64,000 nucleotides of DNA, from the NCBI GenBank assembly GCA_963845145.1, contig CAWJQU010000002.1, positions 32,001 to 96,000 of the forward strand, in the 5' to 3' direction. Below the pieces are notes generated by a model. It saw only the letters and a program-made list of their open reading frames with translations, made no database searches and was not told the DNA's origin. Below, piece by piece: positions 41,901-52,402 of this stretch (its first letter is position 1; the number at the start of each line of letters is the position of its first letter). The stretch comes from an uncultured delta proteobacterium (GTDB lineage: Bacteria > Desulfobacterota > Desulfobacteria > Desulfobacterales > QNYZ01). A program made the translations under genes and the position numbers.

Positions 41901-43925
41901 ATGAAGCGCACTGAAAACAATACCTTTAAACCAAACGCAACCATCCGATGTCCGGTATCCGGGCTGCCGGTTTTCCAGAGGCCGGAATGGACCAATGTTA
42001 GATTAAGCAAAAACGCGACGACCTCGGTCCAGCTGCTCGGAGATCGCATCCTTTTAAGAAAAACTTCCGGATACGTTGATTTAGCCGATACTAAAAAAGC
42101 AAAAATGGTGGAACAAAACGCATTGGCTGAGACCAATAGTGCAGAGCCATCGTTCATCCTAATCGAAAACTGGGCCGACCTGAAGGGCTCTTCCCAAGGT
42201 GCTCGCCGATACTATTTTAAATATTTAAAAAATAGAAAAAAACTGGGAGGATTATTATACTACAATGTCTCCCCCATGCAAAAGTTCCGCATCAATCTGG
42301 CTAAACGGCTTCCGATTGTAAAATTCAACGTTGAAGTCGTTGGTAGTTATGAGGAAGCGGTGAGGCGAGCCCAAAATATATTGGCTGACGACGATGGAAG
42401 ATTAGAAGGTAGCTCCATCGATTCCCACATACGCTCCCTAATTGCTTCGCACACGGGGGAATCTTTTCCCCAGATAATGTCTCATCCGGATTGGCAGTTC
42501 CAAGCCGATGGTTTTTCAATCCATTTTGAAATCATCAACGGTACGATCCTACATGCAACCGCCAGCGGGAAACTGAAGGTAGAGCAAATCGGGCCATCGA
42601 TTAAATTACAGGAAAAGATCATTGAATCGACAGGCTTATCCGACAATGCCTGGTATTTTGTTTTGGGATTAAGTCAATCCGAAGGGATCGGTCAAAAGGC
42701 CCGCAGGCTCTATGTAAAAGCCATTGTCGAACTACATAAAAGGCACCCTTTCCAAATGTTTATTTTTTTCGGTGCAAACCGAATATTAAGTACGGGAATT
42801 AACTTAACGAGATCTTTAGTACCATTTAAAGTAAAAGCCGCAGAGGATTTAGCCGGTGCCTTAAAATTAGTCGGCAAGCAGCAATCTCTTAGAGAAACTG
42901 TCTCATTGCCATCGGCATTTACCGAATCAAATAAGAAATTACAAAATCAAAAAAAAACTCAGCAGTATGTCACTGAACTGCTACAATATATAGAGAGCGT
43001 TAACTGGGAAGTTGGCGGCGTCGGAGACCACCCCAAACCCGACCCCACGCATCCCTTCCGCCCTGTTTTTGATACCATTGATTTCATCAAGTGGGAGCTT
43101 GATGATGTCTTTAATGAACGCAAACAAGCTGAAAAAGAATTAAAAACCGCCAAAGAGGCCGCCGAAGCCGCAAATATAGCCAAAAGTGAATTTTTAGCCA
43201 ACATGAGCCATGAGCTTAGAACACCTTTAAACCATATTATCGGGTTCACCGAACTGGTTGTGGATAAAAATATAGGAGAGATAAACGCCACCCAGGAGGA
43301 GTATCTCAATGATGTCCTCCACAGCAGCAATCATTTGCTCTCATTAATCAACGATATTCTGGATCTTTCAAAGGTGGAGGCCGGCAAGTTAGAGCTGCAA
43401 CTAACCGAAATCAATTTAAGAACAATACTCAAAAATAGCATGGTTATTGTGAAGGAAAAAGCTGAAAAGCAAGGTATCATATTATCACAGCACCTGGGTG
43501 ACATCCCGAATACGATTCAGGCAGACGAACGCAAATTCAGGCAAATCATGTATAACCTGCTTTCCAACGCGGTAAAGTTCACACCAAGCGGTGGCGAAAT
43601 TCATCTCACCGCCGATCGACCGGATGAGTCAACCCTGGCATCCCTTGCCTTGAACGGCAAGAATCGTCCGGAAACAGCAACACCTCTCCCCCAATGGGTT
43701 CAAATTGCAGTGACCGATAGCGGTATCGGTTTAAATAAAGAAGATTGTGAGCGTATTTTCAACCCTTTTGAACAGGTAGAAAAATCGACCAGCCGAAAGT
43801 TTCAGGGGACCGGACTGGGTTTGTCTTTAACCAAAACGCTAGTAGAACTTCACGGCGGCCAGATTTGGGCGCAAAGCGATGGCAGTAACTGCGGCAGCAC
43901 CTTCACATTCATCCTTCCTTTGTAG
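41901..43925 (+). CDS. Soluble sensor histidine kinase with an uncharacterised N-terminal region
   Basis: [34 protein letters not shown]; no obvious TM segment. Confidence 0.92.
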   Translation: MKRTENNTFKPNATIRCPVSGLPVFQRPEWTNVRLSKNATTSVQLLGDRILLRKTSGYVDLADTKKAKMVEQNALAETNSAEPSFILIENWADLKGSSQGARRYYFKYLKNRKKLGGLLYYNVSPMQKFRINLAKRLPIVKFNVEVVGSYEEAVRRAQNILADDDGRLEGSSIDSHIRSLIASHTGESFPQIMSHPDWQFQADGFSIHFEIINGTILHATASGKLKVEQIGPSIKLQEKIIESTGLSDNAWYFVLGLSQSEGIGQKARRLYVKAIVELHKRHPFQMFIFFGANRILSTGINLTRSLVPFKVKAAEDLAGALKLVGKQQSLRETVSLPSAFTESNKKLQNQKKTQQYVTELLQYIESVNWEVGGVGDHPKPDPTHPFRPVFDTIDFIKWELDDVFNERKQAEKELKTAKEAAEAANIAKSEFLANMSHELRTPLNHIIGFTELVVDKNIGEINATQEEYLNDVLHSSNHLLSLINDILDLSKVEAGKLELQLTEINLRTILKNSMVIVKEKAEKQGIILSQHLGDIPNTIQADERKFRQIMYNLLSNAVKFTPSGGEIHLTADRPDESTLASLALNGKNRPETATPLPQWVQIAVTDSGIGLNKEDCERIFNPFEQVEKSTSRKFQGTGLGLSLTKTLVELHGGQIWAQSDGSNCGSTFTFILPL

Positions 43926-43928
43926 TCA

Positions 43929-45089
43929 TTATATATACCGGTCCACCATTTCGGTAATCAGTGCTTCGACCCCTTCCGGGCCTTTTTCCACCTGAACCTG
44001 TTCGATCAGGTTCTTTATTTTACCATACGTGGCCGGATCGCGTTTCAGATCCTGGGTTGAGTGGTAGGTGCCGCCCCGACGCCCGGTACGATAAATCAGC
44101 CGATCGATTTCCGACAGTGCCTGATAGTCATCAATAACGGCCAGTATTTTCTCCTTGTCCTTGGGGAACTGTCCGGAAACTTCTTCGAACAGGTTCATAA
44201 TATGATCGCTGGTGATGGTGCTGGTTATACCATCAAGCTTACTGATAAATATGCGAATCTCCTCGGCCAGCATATCATCGGTTTGCATGGTGAACGAGCC
44301 CTCTTCCAATTTTTCATATAGCGCCACCCGTGGTGGTACCCGTAAGCTTCGCATCCGAATGAAATGGGGATTAATACGATTGAGTACCCGGGCCGTATCT
44401 AAAGCGTGCTCTCTACCCATCTCCTGGCCCCCGAGTCCGGGCATCACATATTCCGACAACTCCATCCCGGCGGCAATGACCCGCTTACCTGCCTCAACAT
44501 GGCCTTCGGCGGTCACCCCTTTTTTCATCAGCTTCAATAATGGGTCGTGCCCGGTTTCTAGTCCGATATGAATGCGATCCAAACCGGCTTTTCGAATACG
44601 CGTGAGGGCTTCAACGGATTTTTTCGTTATCGTTTTGGACCGGGTATAGGTGGTCACGCGTCCAATCCAGGGTAGCGTCTCTTTTAGGTAGGTAAGCACT
44701 TCGACAAGATCGTCGGTTTTCATGATGAGGTTATCGGCATCTTGCAGGAAACAAGCCTGGGTACCATAGTATAACCATACAGCAACGCTGCGATAACTCG
44801 AGCTAACCGCCCCCCCATTGAGAATATGGCTGATTACCTGGTCATTGACACTTCCAGCGGCGCCCAATTTCCAGGACACAGCCTGAATGTCATCGACTAT
44901 CTCCCGCGCAGTTTGAATATCTTTTTTAATTTCATCAACGGTTCGCAAGGAAAATTTTCGTTTTTTGTAAACGGGGCAAAACAGGCAGTGGTTCCACGGA
45001 CAATTGCGTGTCAGCCGCAACAAAAGGCTGCGGGCCTCGTTGGGCGGCCGAATCGGGCCCTGTTCGAATTTCAGGTTATTGGCATTCAT
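43929..45089 (-). CDS. Radical SAM protein
   Basis: CPWNHCLFC (CxxxCxxC) after IRPPNEA; GLETG, SDH. Confidence 0.9.
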   Translation of the reverse strand: MNANNLKFEQGPIRPPNEARSLLLRLTRNCPWNHCLFCPVYKKRKFSLRTVDEIKKDIQTAREIVDDIQAVSWKLGAAGSVNDQVISHILNGGAVSSSYRSVAVWLYYGTQACFLQDADNLIMKTDDLVEVLTYLKETLPWIGRVTTYTRSKTITKKSVEALTRIRKAGLDRIHIGLETGHDPLLKLMKKGVTAEGHVEAGKRVIAAGMELSEYVMPGLGGQEMGREHALDTARVLNRINPHFIRMRSLRVPPRVALYEKLEEGSFTMQTDDMLAEEIRIFISKLDGITSTITSDHIMNLFEEVSGQFPKDKEKILAVIDDYQALSEIDRLIYRTGRRGGTYHSTQDLKRDPATYGKIKNLIEQVQVEKGPEGVEALITEMVDRYI

Positions 45090-46176
45090 GGTGTACCCCT
45101 TGGTTGATTTCTTTTAATTTACCGATGAATTTATGGTTGGCCTTGGGTACCGGAAATCGATCAATATCATCGATCTTTATCCAGCGGTAGTCCACCGGGC
45201 CATTGAGATGTATCGTACCGTTAACATAATCGCACAAAAAAACATCCAAGACGATCTTAAAATGGGTATACGCATGCCGAACTCGGGCTAAATGTGCATC
45301 AATGGATATATTTAGACCCACTTCTTCCTTAATTTCCCGGAGGCAGGCGTTCTCGGCTGTCTCATCGTCACGAATTTTGCCTCCGGGAAATTCCCAAAGA
45401 CCGCCAAGCAGACCTTGAGGTTTCCGCTGAGTTATCAGCACCCGATCTTTACGTCGAATAACACCAACCGCTATCGGTACCTCCGGGACGGGTTTACGTT
45501 TATTCCGTTTCGGGAATTGATCCACAGCTCCATTTTGATGACTTCGGCAAAGTGTGTTAACCGGGCACTTCGAACAGTTGGGTTTTGATGGTTTGCAAAC
45601 CAGGGCACCTAACTCCATCAAGGCCTGATTGTATTGACCCGGGCATGACCGCTCAAGAAGAGGAACGGCCAACTGATGAAAAACCCGATACGCCGGTGAC
45701 GCATTAACCGGCGTCGACGCTTCAAAAATCCGGGCCAGAACACGCTTCACATTACCGTCTACAACGGCGAAGGGGCCGCCATAGGCAATACTCAACACCG
45801 CCGCCGCAATATAGGGACCCACCCCGGGCAAAGAGCGAAACGCATCCCACGTCCGGGGGACATGGCCATTAAAACGCATCATGACCACGCCGGCGGCCTG
45901 GTGCAGGTTTCGGGCCCGAGTGTAATAGCCCAAACCCTCCCAGCTTTTGAGGACTGATTGGCGTGGCGCCCGGGATAGTTTGGCGATGTTCGGGAACTGG
46001 TCAATAAACCGGTTGTAATATGGGATTACCGTATCGACCTGGGTTTGTTGAAGCATGACTTCCGATACCCAGATGCAATAGGGATCGCGCGTCTCACGCC
46101 AGGGAAGGATTCGCTGATGGTTCCGATACCAATCCAGTAGCTGCCGTTGAAAAGTGAGAACTTCTTTTGGTTTCAC
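45076..46176 (-). CDS. mutY: A/G-specific adenine glycosylase with C-terminal Nudix-like domain
   Basis: WVSEVMLQQT, WEGLGYY, LPGVGPY, VDGNV, C-x6-C-x2-C-x5-C Fe-S motif. Confidence 0.95.
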   Translation of the reverse strand: MKPKEVLTFQRQLLDWYRNHQRILPWRETRDPYCIWVSEVMLQQTQVDTVIPYYNRFIDQFPNIAKLSRAPRQSVLKSWEGLGYYTRARNLHQAAGVVMMRFNGHVPRTWDAFRSLPGVGPYIAAAVLSIAYGGPFAVVDGNVKRVLARIFEASTPVNASPAYRVFHQLAVPLLERSCPGQYNQALMELGALVCKPSKPNCSKCPVNTLCRSHQNGAVDQFPKRNKRKPVPEVPIAVGVIRRKDRVLITQRKPQGLLGGLWEFPGGKIRDDETAENACLREIKEEVGLNISIDAHLARVRHAYTHFKIVLDVFLCDYVNGTIHLNGPVDYRWIKIDDIDRFPVPKANHKFIGKLKEINQGVHHECQ

Positions 46177-46223
46177 GATGGGTGTCTTTTACACGTCCCT
46201 GACTGTGCTGATGCCATATATCA

Positions 46224-46766
46224 TTAGAAGGTGTCCTGATGCGTGAATTCGGCCACTTCTCTTCTTTTCGGTATTTTCGGTGACTGATTGGGGTAGCCCA
46301 GCGGGATAAGCACGACACATTCATGCCCTTGGGGGACATTGAGCAGTCGATTGGCGCGATCATGATCGAGCAGGCCCACGATGACCGTTCCCAGTCCAAG
46401 ATCATGCGCCGTCAGACATAGGTTTTGAGTGGCCAGTCCCAAATCGAACATGAACCAATCTCCAAATTTAGTACTTTCAGCGCCTTTATAAAACCCTGAG
46501 TTTTTAAGTTTGCCACAAACCGCCAGAACCACCGGTGCTGCTGAGACTGCTTTTGTAGCCGGATTTTTAGGGCTGACGATATCGGCCAAAGCGTGCTTGA
46601 TACCGGGGTCACGGACGATCACCACTTCCCAACACTGGGTATTCGCCCAGGACGGTGACCATTTTATGGCCTCCATAACCTGATCAACCAAACTTTCAGA
46701 GACATCCTGATCGGTAAATTTACGAATGCTTCTTCGCTCCTCGACGGCATCAACCAATTCGCCCAT
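46224..46766 (-). CDS. Nitroreductase-family protein
   Basis: RRSIRKF, SPSWANTQ, NLCLTAHDLGLG, PLGYP. Confidence 0.92.
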   Translation of the reverse strand: MGELVDAVEERRSIRKFTDQDVSESLVDQVMEAIKWSPSWANTQCWEVVIVRDPGIKHALADIVSPKNPATKAVSAAPVVLAVCGKLKNSGFYKGAESTKFGDWFMFDLGLATQNLCLTAHDLGLGTVIVGLLDHDRANRLLNVPQGHECVVLIPLGYPNQSPKIPKRREVAEFTHQDTF

Positions 46767-46808
46767 GGCAATCCCTCCCTAATTGATGTTGGTAGCGTTT
46801 AAAACCCT

Positions 46809-47030
46809 CTATGTTATTTGGTTGCGACAACGATGGCGGTCCGATCCTTTTTTCAACAAAATCTCTCCGTCATCGGACAACCGACCCGCGCACTGGCATT
46901 TGTGATGGTTACCATTGGCGTGACATGTCGGCTGGGCCGGGTCCGGCGATGGCTGGCGAAACGACATCACGAACAATAGCAACGCAAAAACAGCCAAGCC
47001 AATGCAAAAAATGATGAAAAATTCCCACAT
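46809..47030 (-). CDS. Small membrane-anchored Cys/His-rich hypothetical protein
   Basis: One N-terminal TM helix then CHANGNHHKCQC; starts 1 nt after the upstream stop. Confidence 0.55.
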   Translation of the reverse strand: MWEFFIIFCIGLAVFALLLFVMSFRQPSPDPAQPTCHANGNHHKCQCAGRLSDDGEILLKKGSDRHRCRNQIT

Positions 47031-47031
47031 A

Positions 47032-47931
47032 TCATAAAACCAAATCCGACAAAGCACCATCCAAGCGTGGGAACTGAAAGTTGAATCCCGCTTTCAATAA
47101 GCGGTCCGGCGTTACCCGCTGGCTGGCCAAAAGTGTTTCGGCAAACTCACCCAAAACCAAACGTAGCATGAAACCGGGTGCCGGAAAACCGGCCGGCCGT
47201 TTCAGGGCCCTGCCGAAGGCCCTTGCCACCTCCCGATTACGCAACGGGTGCGGTGAACAGAAATTAAATGCCCCATCAAGAGACCTGTTCTTAAAAATAA
47301 AATCGATAGCTCCGGCCACATCCTGGATATGAATCCATGGAAACCATTGCCGTCCATCGCCGATAGGACCGCCGGCGAAGCGCTTGAATACGGAAACCAT
47401 CTGTTTGAAAGCACCGCCGCCTTTGCCGAAAACCACACCAAATCGCATCAGAACGACGCGATGGTTATACGCTTTTGCGACCATCGCTTCTTGTTCCCAA
47501 TCGCGTCCGATTTGGCCGAGAAAATCATCAGCCGGCGGTTCATTTTCAGTGATCAAATCATCTCCCCGACCGCCGTAATAGCCGACCGCCGACGTACTGA
47601 ACAGGTCCACTGGTTTTTCTTTCGGCAGAGCCTCCACCAGATGACGGGTGGTCAAAATCCGGCTGTCGTAAATCTCCTTTTTGTAGGCTTTGGTCCAGCG
47701 TTTAAAGATCGATTTGCCGGCCAGATTAATAACCATATCGGCCTGCGCAACATACGCCTGCCATTTTCCTTGTACCCTGGTATCCGCTGATACGTAAGAA
47801 AATTCAGGATGGTCGATCGCATTCTGCCGCGTGCGGGTCCCTGTCGCAACAACAGTGTCGCCCTTGTTCAAGAAATAATTCGACAAATACGTACCGACAA
47901 AACCGGTACCGCCGGTGATAAATATTTTCAT
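47032..47931 (-). CDS. TIGR01777/YfcH-like NAD-dependent epimerase family protein
   Basis: ITGGTGFVG, INLAG, SAVGYYG, PWIHIQD, SQRVTP. Confidence 0.9.
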   Translation of the reverse strand: MKIFITGGTGFVGTYLSNYFLNKGDTVVATGTRTRQNAIDHPEFSYVSADTRVQGKWQAYVAQADMVINLAGKSIFKRWTKAYKKEIYDSRILTTRHLVEALPKEKPVDLFSTSAVGYYGGRGDDLITENEPPADDFLGQIGRDWEQEAMVAKAYNHRVVLMRFGVVFGKGGGAFKQMVSVFKRFAGGPIGDGRQWFPWIHIQDVAGAIDFIFKNRSLDGAFNFCSPHPLRNREVARAFGRALKRPAGFPAPGFMLRLVLGEFAETLLASQRVTPDRLLKAGFNFQFPRLDGALSDLVL

Positions 47932-48118
47932 TATTTTTCACCCTATCCGTATTGAGATTGAAATAAATGGCGTTGGATAAAAGATATGTATGCGATTGAT
48001 TTTTTCAATGGTACCAATGAGAGGGGAAGATGCAATCGCTAAGTGCGGGACAGGGCAGATATAAAAACGGGGCGATGTCAATGACATGCCCCGTATAAAA
48101 AATGATATAAAGTAGGTT

Positions 48119-48439
48119 TTATCCGCACGAACCGCCGTCGGAGCCACAGCCACCGCAGCCGGCGCCGGTGTCGAACTCCATTCCGCAGTCAAGCTTAAAA
48201 CCGTGAACCATATAATCCACTTTAATCGGTTTGGCTTTTTCTAAAAAGTCTTTGTCAACCAGATATTGAAACCCTTCAATATCGTACACCTCATCCTGAT
48301 CACGCGGCTCATCCAGAGCCATGGCCAGCGAAGGACCACCTCAGCCACCCTCATTCAAAAAAATACGGATCGGTTGAGGATCGCGCCCTTTAAAATACTG
48401 GCCGATCTGTTCTGTTGCCGCCTCTGTCACTTCTACCAT
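48119..48439 (-). CDS. HesB/IscA-like protein with in-frame UGA (selenocysteine, residue 33), 106 aa
   Basis: AGGAGG RBS, MVEVTEAATEQIGQYFKGRDPQPIRIFLNEGG-TGA(48341-48343)-GGPSLAMALDEP...CGGCGSDGGSCG; the UGA sits at the GGC Cys of HesB. Confidence 0.9.
48306..48320 (-). promoter_or_regulatory. Putative SECIS hairpin of the HesB-like gene
   Basis: mRNA GGCTC-TGGAT-GAGCC, stem starting 20 nt after the UGA, G at loop position 2. Confidence 0.6.
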
Positions 48440-48618
48440 GGAACCCTCCTTGATTATAGGAATCAGGCTTATAAAAACCAGGTTTGTCAAAACCGGGTCT
48501 ATAAAAAACCGGCCCGCCCGTCGGGGAGGACCTGATAATTCAAACTCATCAACTCAACGAATTGAAAAATAATCACACCATTATGATTTGTCAACGATGG
48601 ACAACACGCGAGACCGTG

Positions 48619-49146
48619 TTAGAACCCGGCCAGGTATTTTTCGTAGATTTGCCGATGATCGGCGGAGAAAAGGATGAAGATCACCTTTTCAATCGACGCA
48701 TGATGTTTCAAAAACGCGTAAGTCGTTTCGAGAGCGATTAGGCAGGCCTCTTTAATGGGGTAGCGGTAAACCCCACAAGAAATGGCTGGAAAGGCAATGG
48801 TACGAATGGCCTGTGTAGCGGCCAGGGTCAAACTATTCTGGTAACATGCAGCCAGAAGGCGACTGTCGTCAGGCGACCCGCGATACACCGGGCCGACGGT
48901 ATGGATCACATATCTGGCGGGTAGATTGTACCCACGCGTCAGGCGGGCTTCACCCGTAGGGCATCCACCCATTTTTTTGCATTCGGCCAGAAGCTCCGAC
49001 CCAGCCGCCCGGTGGATGGCACCGTCCACGCCACCACCCCCTAAAAGAGAGTTGTTGGCTGCATTAACGATGGCATCCACCGCCAGCAGGGTAATATCAC
49101 CCTGCTGAATATCAATCCGATTAGGCAGTGATTTTTCCATGGGCAC
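48619..49146 (-). CDS. Macro-domain O-acetyl-ADP-ribose deacetylase (YmdB-like)
   Basis: GDIT, NAAN, GGGGVDGAIH, HTVGP, PAISCGVY. Confidence 0.93.
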   Translation of the reverse strand: MPMEKSLPNRIDIQQGDITLLAVDAIVNAANNSLLGGGGVDGAIHRAAGSELLAECKKMGGCPTGEARLTRGYNLPARYVIHTVGPVYRGSPDDSRLLAACYQNSLTLAATQAIRTIAFPAISCGVYRYPIKEACLIALETTYAFLKHHASIEKVIFILFSADHRQIYEKYLAGF

Positions 49147-49151
49147 AATTG

Positions 49152-50894
49152 CTACCAGTTAAAAACCTGGTCGAGCTCTTCATCGGGCACCTCAAACACG
49201 ACATTATGTGGTGCCAGAGCTTCTTTCTTCATGTAGGCCGGCAGCCGATCATCGGCTTTGGTGAAACCGGCGGCTGCGTTAAAATCACGTTCGACAGTGA
49301 GAATTTTTTGGCCCAGATTCGTCACATCGTCAGCAGTCATGTTCGAACCATAAAAACCGCTTAAAAGATCGAGCAGGGCCTGGAAGGTATCCGGCTGATC
49401 AAGGATAGCAAAAGCGATAAACAGGCACATCCCGGTTGAGTCTATAGCCGTTGTAGCGATCTGTAAATTTCGGGACAACTCCGCCTGACCCGCGGGTTTT
49501 AATGGGTCGACGGTGCCACCGACCCCAAGGATATTCGCTGTCACCGCATAGCCGGCCGTATGATCGGCACCCATGGTGGTCGTGGCATAGGTGACACCGA
49601 TTCCCTGCACGGCCCGGGGATCGTAAGCCGGCATGGCCTGATTTTTGACCACCGGTACGCGTTCGACACCGTAGACTTTACCGGTAACGCCCGCCCCACT
49701 GCCCAGAATCCGGCCCATGGGTGTTCCCTTGCCGACTTCGGCCAGCATATTGATGGCCGCTTCGCTGTCACCGAATTCAGCCAATCCGGCCTCCATGGCC
49801 ACGGCAATGGTGGCCCCCATTTCTATGGTATCCAGACCGAAATCGTCATCCATCCGATCCATCCGGGCGATGACATCCAGGTCGTTTATCCCGCAATTAG
49901 CGCCATGGGCCCATACCGTTTCATATTCGGGCTGCTTGGTCACATAATTACCGTCCGCATCGTAAAATGTTCCCGAGCATCGAATGACACAGCCGCGATG
50001 ACAGCCATGTGTTGCGGAACCTTCACCGCCCCGGGCATTTTCCAACTCAGCCTGGGTTTCGCCGCTGATGTCGCTGGCCCCGGCGAACTGTCCGGTCTTA
50101 AAATTATTGGTGGGAAAGCCCCCCGCTTCGTTAATGACGTTGGTCAGCACGTTGGTGCCGTAGGCGGGTAGGCCTTCACCGGTCACCGGATGCTTCTTTA
50201 AGCCCGCCACAAAGGCCTTGTTGGCCGCCTTGAATTTTTCCGGGTCTTTGGGTTCGCGCATGGTCATGCCGTCATCATCCAATATGATCGCTTTGATTCC
50301 CTTGCTTCCCATGACGGCCCCAACCCCGCCACGACCCGCATGCCTTGTGGGACGGACTTCCATATCGGTAAATGCAATCGAAGCGGCCGCCAGCTTCATC
50401 TCTCCGGCCTGGCCGATAGTGATACAGGCCACTTTGTCGCCGTATTCGGCGGTCAGTTTGGCAACGGTATCGTAATTACCGAGCATCCTCAAATCGTTGT
50501 CCGGCGCAATCTTCACGCCATCTTTGTTGATAAACACTTTGTATAAGGTATCATCGACCGGCGCACCTTCCAGGACGATTGCGGCATAGCCGAGCCTCGC
50601 CAACACCTGAGCCCCCTGACCGCCGGAATTGGCCTCCTTAATACCCCCGGTTAAAGGGCTTTTACAGCCCACGGAAATTCGCCCCGACATGGCCGCTTTG
50701 GTGCCACTCAACATACCTGGCGCAATGACCAGCTTGTTGTCTTCCCCTAAAGGATGACATTCCGGGGGCACTTCTTTGGCAACAAGGGTTGATGTCAATG
50801 CCCGGCCGCCCAGACCGGCGTAATCGCCCATGTCTGTTTCCGTGGCACGGGGACCACCGGTAGCTCCGACATCAATTCGTAAAATTTTATCCAT
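49152..50894 (-). CDS. Aldehyde:ferredoxin oxidoreductase (tungsten AOR family)
   Basis: KSPLTGGIKEANSGG, GRGGVGAVMGSKG, CHRGCVIRC, EYET, GLDTIE, YDPR; start MDKILRI after AGGAGG. Confidence 0.92.
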   Translation of the reverse strand: MDKILRIDVGATGGPRATETDMGDYAGLGGRALTSTLVAKEVPPECHPLGEDNKLVIAPGMLSGTKAAMSGRISVGCKSPLTGGIKEANSGGQGAQVLARLGYAAIVLEGAPVDDTLYKVFINKDGVKIAPDNDLRMLGNYDTVAKLTAEYGDKVACITIGQAGEMKLAAASIAFTDMEVRPTRHAGRGGVGAVMGSKGIKAIILDDDGMTMREPKDPEKFKAANKAFVAGLKKHPVTGEGLPAYGTNVLTNVINEAGGFPTNNFKTGQFAGASDISGETQAELENARGGEGSATHGCHRGCVIRCSGTFYDADGNYVTKQPEYETVWAHGANCGINDLDVIARMDRMDDDFGLDTIEMGATIAVAMEAGLAEFGDSEAAINMLAEVGKGTPMGRILGSGAGVTGKVYGVERVPVVKNQAMPAYDPRAVQGIGVTYATTTMGADHTAGYAVTANILGVGGTVDPLKPAGQAELSRNLQIATTAIDSTGMCLFIAFAILDQPDTFQALLDLLSGFYGSNMTADDVTNLGQKILTVERDFNAAAGFTKADDRLPAYMKKEALAPHNVVFEVPDEELDQVFNW

Positions 50895-51147
50895 GGCGCT
50901 TCCTCCTGTTTGAATTGGGGTTGGATGAACGATTCCGCCCAAAGCGGTACATACAAGGAAAGGGGTTAAAAACACAAATACTGACTATTAATAACCGGTA
51001 CGTATTTCGCGTGTCAAGTCAAACGACGTTAATGTATTCGAGTATCGGTATAACCCTATAAAATAATCTACCCTTTATCAATCAATTATCACTTCGTGCC
51101 TAATTAGGCCGAATCCATGTATATATTTAACTTGGTGTCATTCACTT

Positions 51148-52365
51148 TCAAAAAAGTTTACTAATAAAAGCGCCAACAACAATCCTAATTCGTCGCAGTT
51201 TGTTTCCAAGCAAGTTTTTTGTGTTCGTATCCCCTTCACCGGCAGCTTTTAAATGATAATGGCAAAAATGGGACCCATACAGCCGCACCCACCACATGAG
51301 ATGGCGAGGGTGGGTCACCAAGCGACATCGCAGTCGCTGAATTCGACCGGAAATACCGTAATAGATGTCAAACCACCATGGGGGCGGGAAAAGGGTTTCG
51401 CGCAATATCTGGAACAGGTGCTTATTTTTACACTCCGATAATCGATTTTTTGGCCAGCCATCAAAGGTGCGGCCGACCCCCTTGGGAGGTCGCCCCGGTT
51501 TTAGCGCAAGTTTTTCCAACACTTTCGGGTGCCAGGGGGTCAAATGGTGAAACTGGGAGAGTACAGTGAACAATCTGGGTTCTTTCGAACAGAGCCTTTG
51601 CCAGTCTATTTGGTCTGTTTTCGCTTCAACCAGACCGATGATATCCGCCACCGCCATCAGCCGAAAAGGCTCATAGATAATCGGCATGGTGAAACCGTGT
51701 TGATATAGATGCAAAAGCATCTCTTCATAGCCAAAGGCCCGGGCGGAAAACCCATCTAAATCAAAGGAGATCGCCGATTGGGCCAATGAGTCAAATAATG
51801 GATGACGGTAATACGGTGGAATATCCGGATAGAGACCGTGGTGGATTTCAACGCATACGGATAGACCGTCAAGGGGCCGTTCAAGGGGGGGCAGATGATA
51901 ATGATCGGGTGGAAAGGGTTTTGTGGATGCACGGTACCCAATTGTCTTTAAAATTCCCTGCGCAAGATGCGCATCCTTTTCCGGAACCAAAACATCGATA
52001 TCGCGCATGGGGCGCAGGCCGATCTCTGGGTATACGAGATGGCCTATAGCCGCACCTTTCAATACGAGAACGTCAACCCCCTCTTTCTCAAAAAGCGACA
52101 ACACCTCTTTCAGGGCCGCCATGCGAATCCGGTTCGCCCGACGGTGACGAACCCTTAAAAGATTTAAGGCCCGTCTAAAGTGATCCGGAATTGATGCACC
52201 AACGGCGTCTAAGTGACGATAAAGCAAGGGGCCCATCCCGTGGTGTTCGGCCTGATATAGTAATTTGTCCCAGGCATGAAAACCCGCGGCCTCCTGAAAC
52301 AACAATTCAGCCCGACTAGGATGGGACCTGACACAGGCAGCGAGTTGTAGAATGCGATAGATCAT
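51148..52365 (-). CDS. Uncharacterised nucleotidyltransferase (NTP_transf_5-like)
   Basis: LVLKG...VYP...LRPMRDIDVLV, YH, VEIHH. Confidence 0.82.
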   Translation of the reverse strand: MIYRILQLAACVRSHPSRAELLFQEAAGFHAWDKLLYQAEHHGMGPLLYRHLDAVGASIPDHFRRALNLLRVRHRRANRIRMAALKEVLSLFEKEGVDVLVLKGAAIGHLVYPEIGLRPMRDIDVLVPEKDAHLAQGILKTIGYRASTKPFPPDHYHLPPLERPLDGLSVCVEIHHGLYPDIPPYYRHPLFDSLAQSAISFDLDGFSARAFGYEEMLLHLYQHGFTMPIIYEPFRLMAVADIIGLVEAKTDQIDWQRLCSKEPRLFTVLSQFHHLTPWHPKVLEKLALKPGRPPKGVGRTFDGWPKNRLSECKNKHLFQILRETLFPPPWWFDIYYGISGRIQRLRCRLVTHPRHLMWWVRLYGSHFCHYHLKAAGEGDTNTKNLLGNKLRRIRIVVGAFISKLF

Positions 52366-52402
52366 GAGGTTAGAGGGATTTTATGCATAATTATGTGGAT
52401 AA

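Noticed and set aside
50895..51147. Possible RiPP precursor next to the PqqD/kinase/nucleotidyltransferase genes
   Set aside because: No short ORF with an RBS and a lasso-type leader found here or in 53527-53613.
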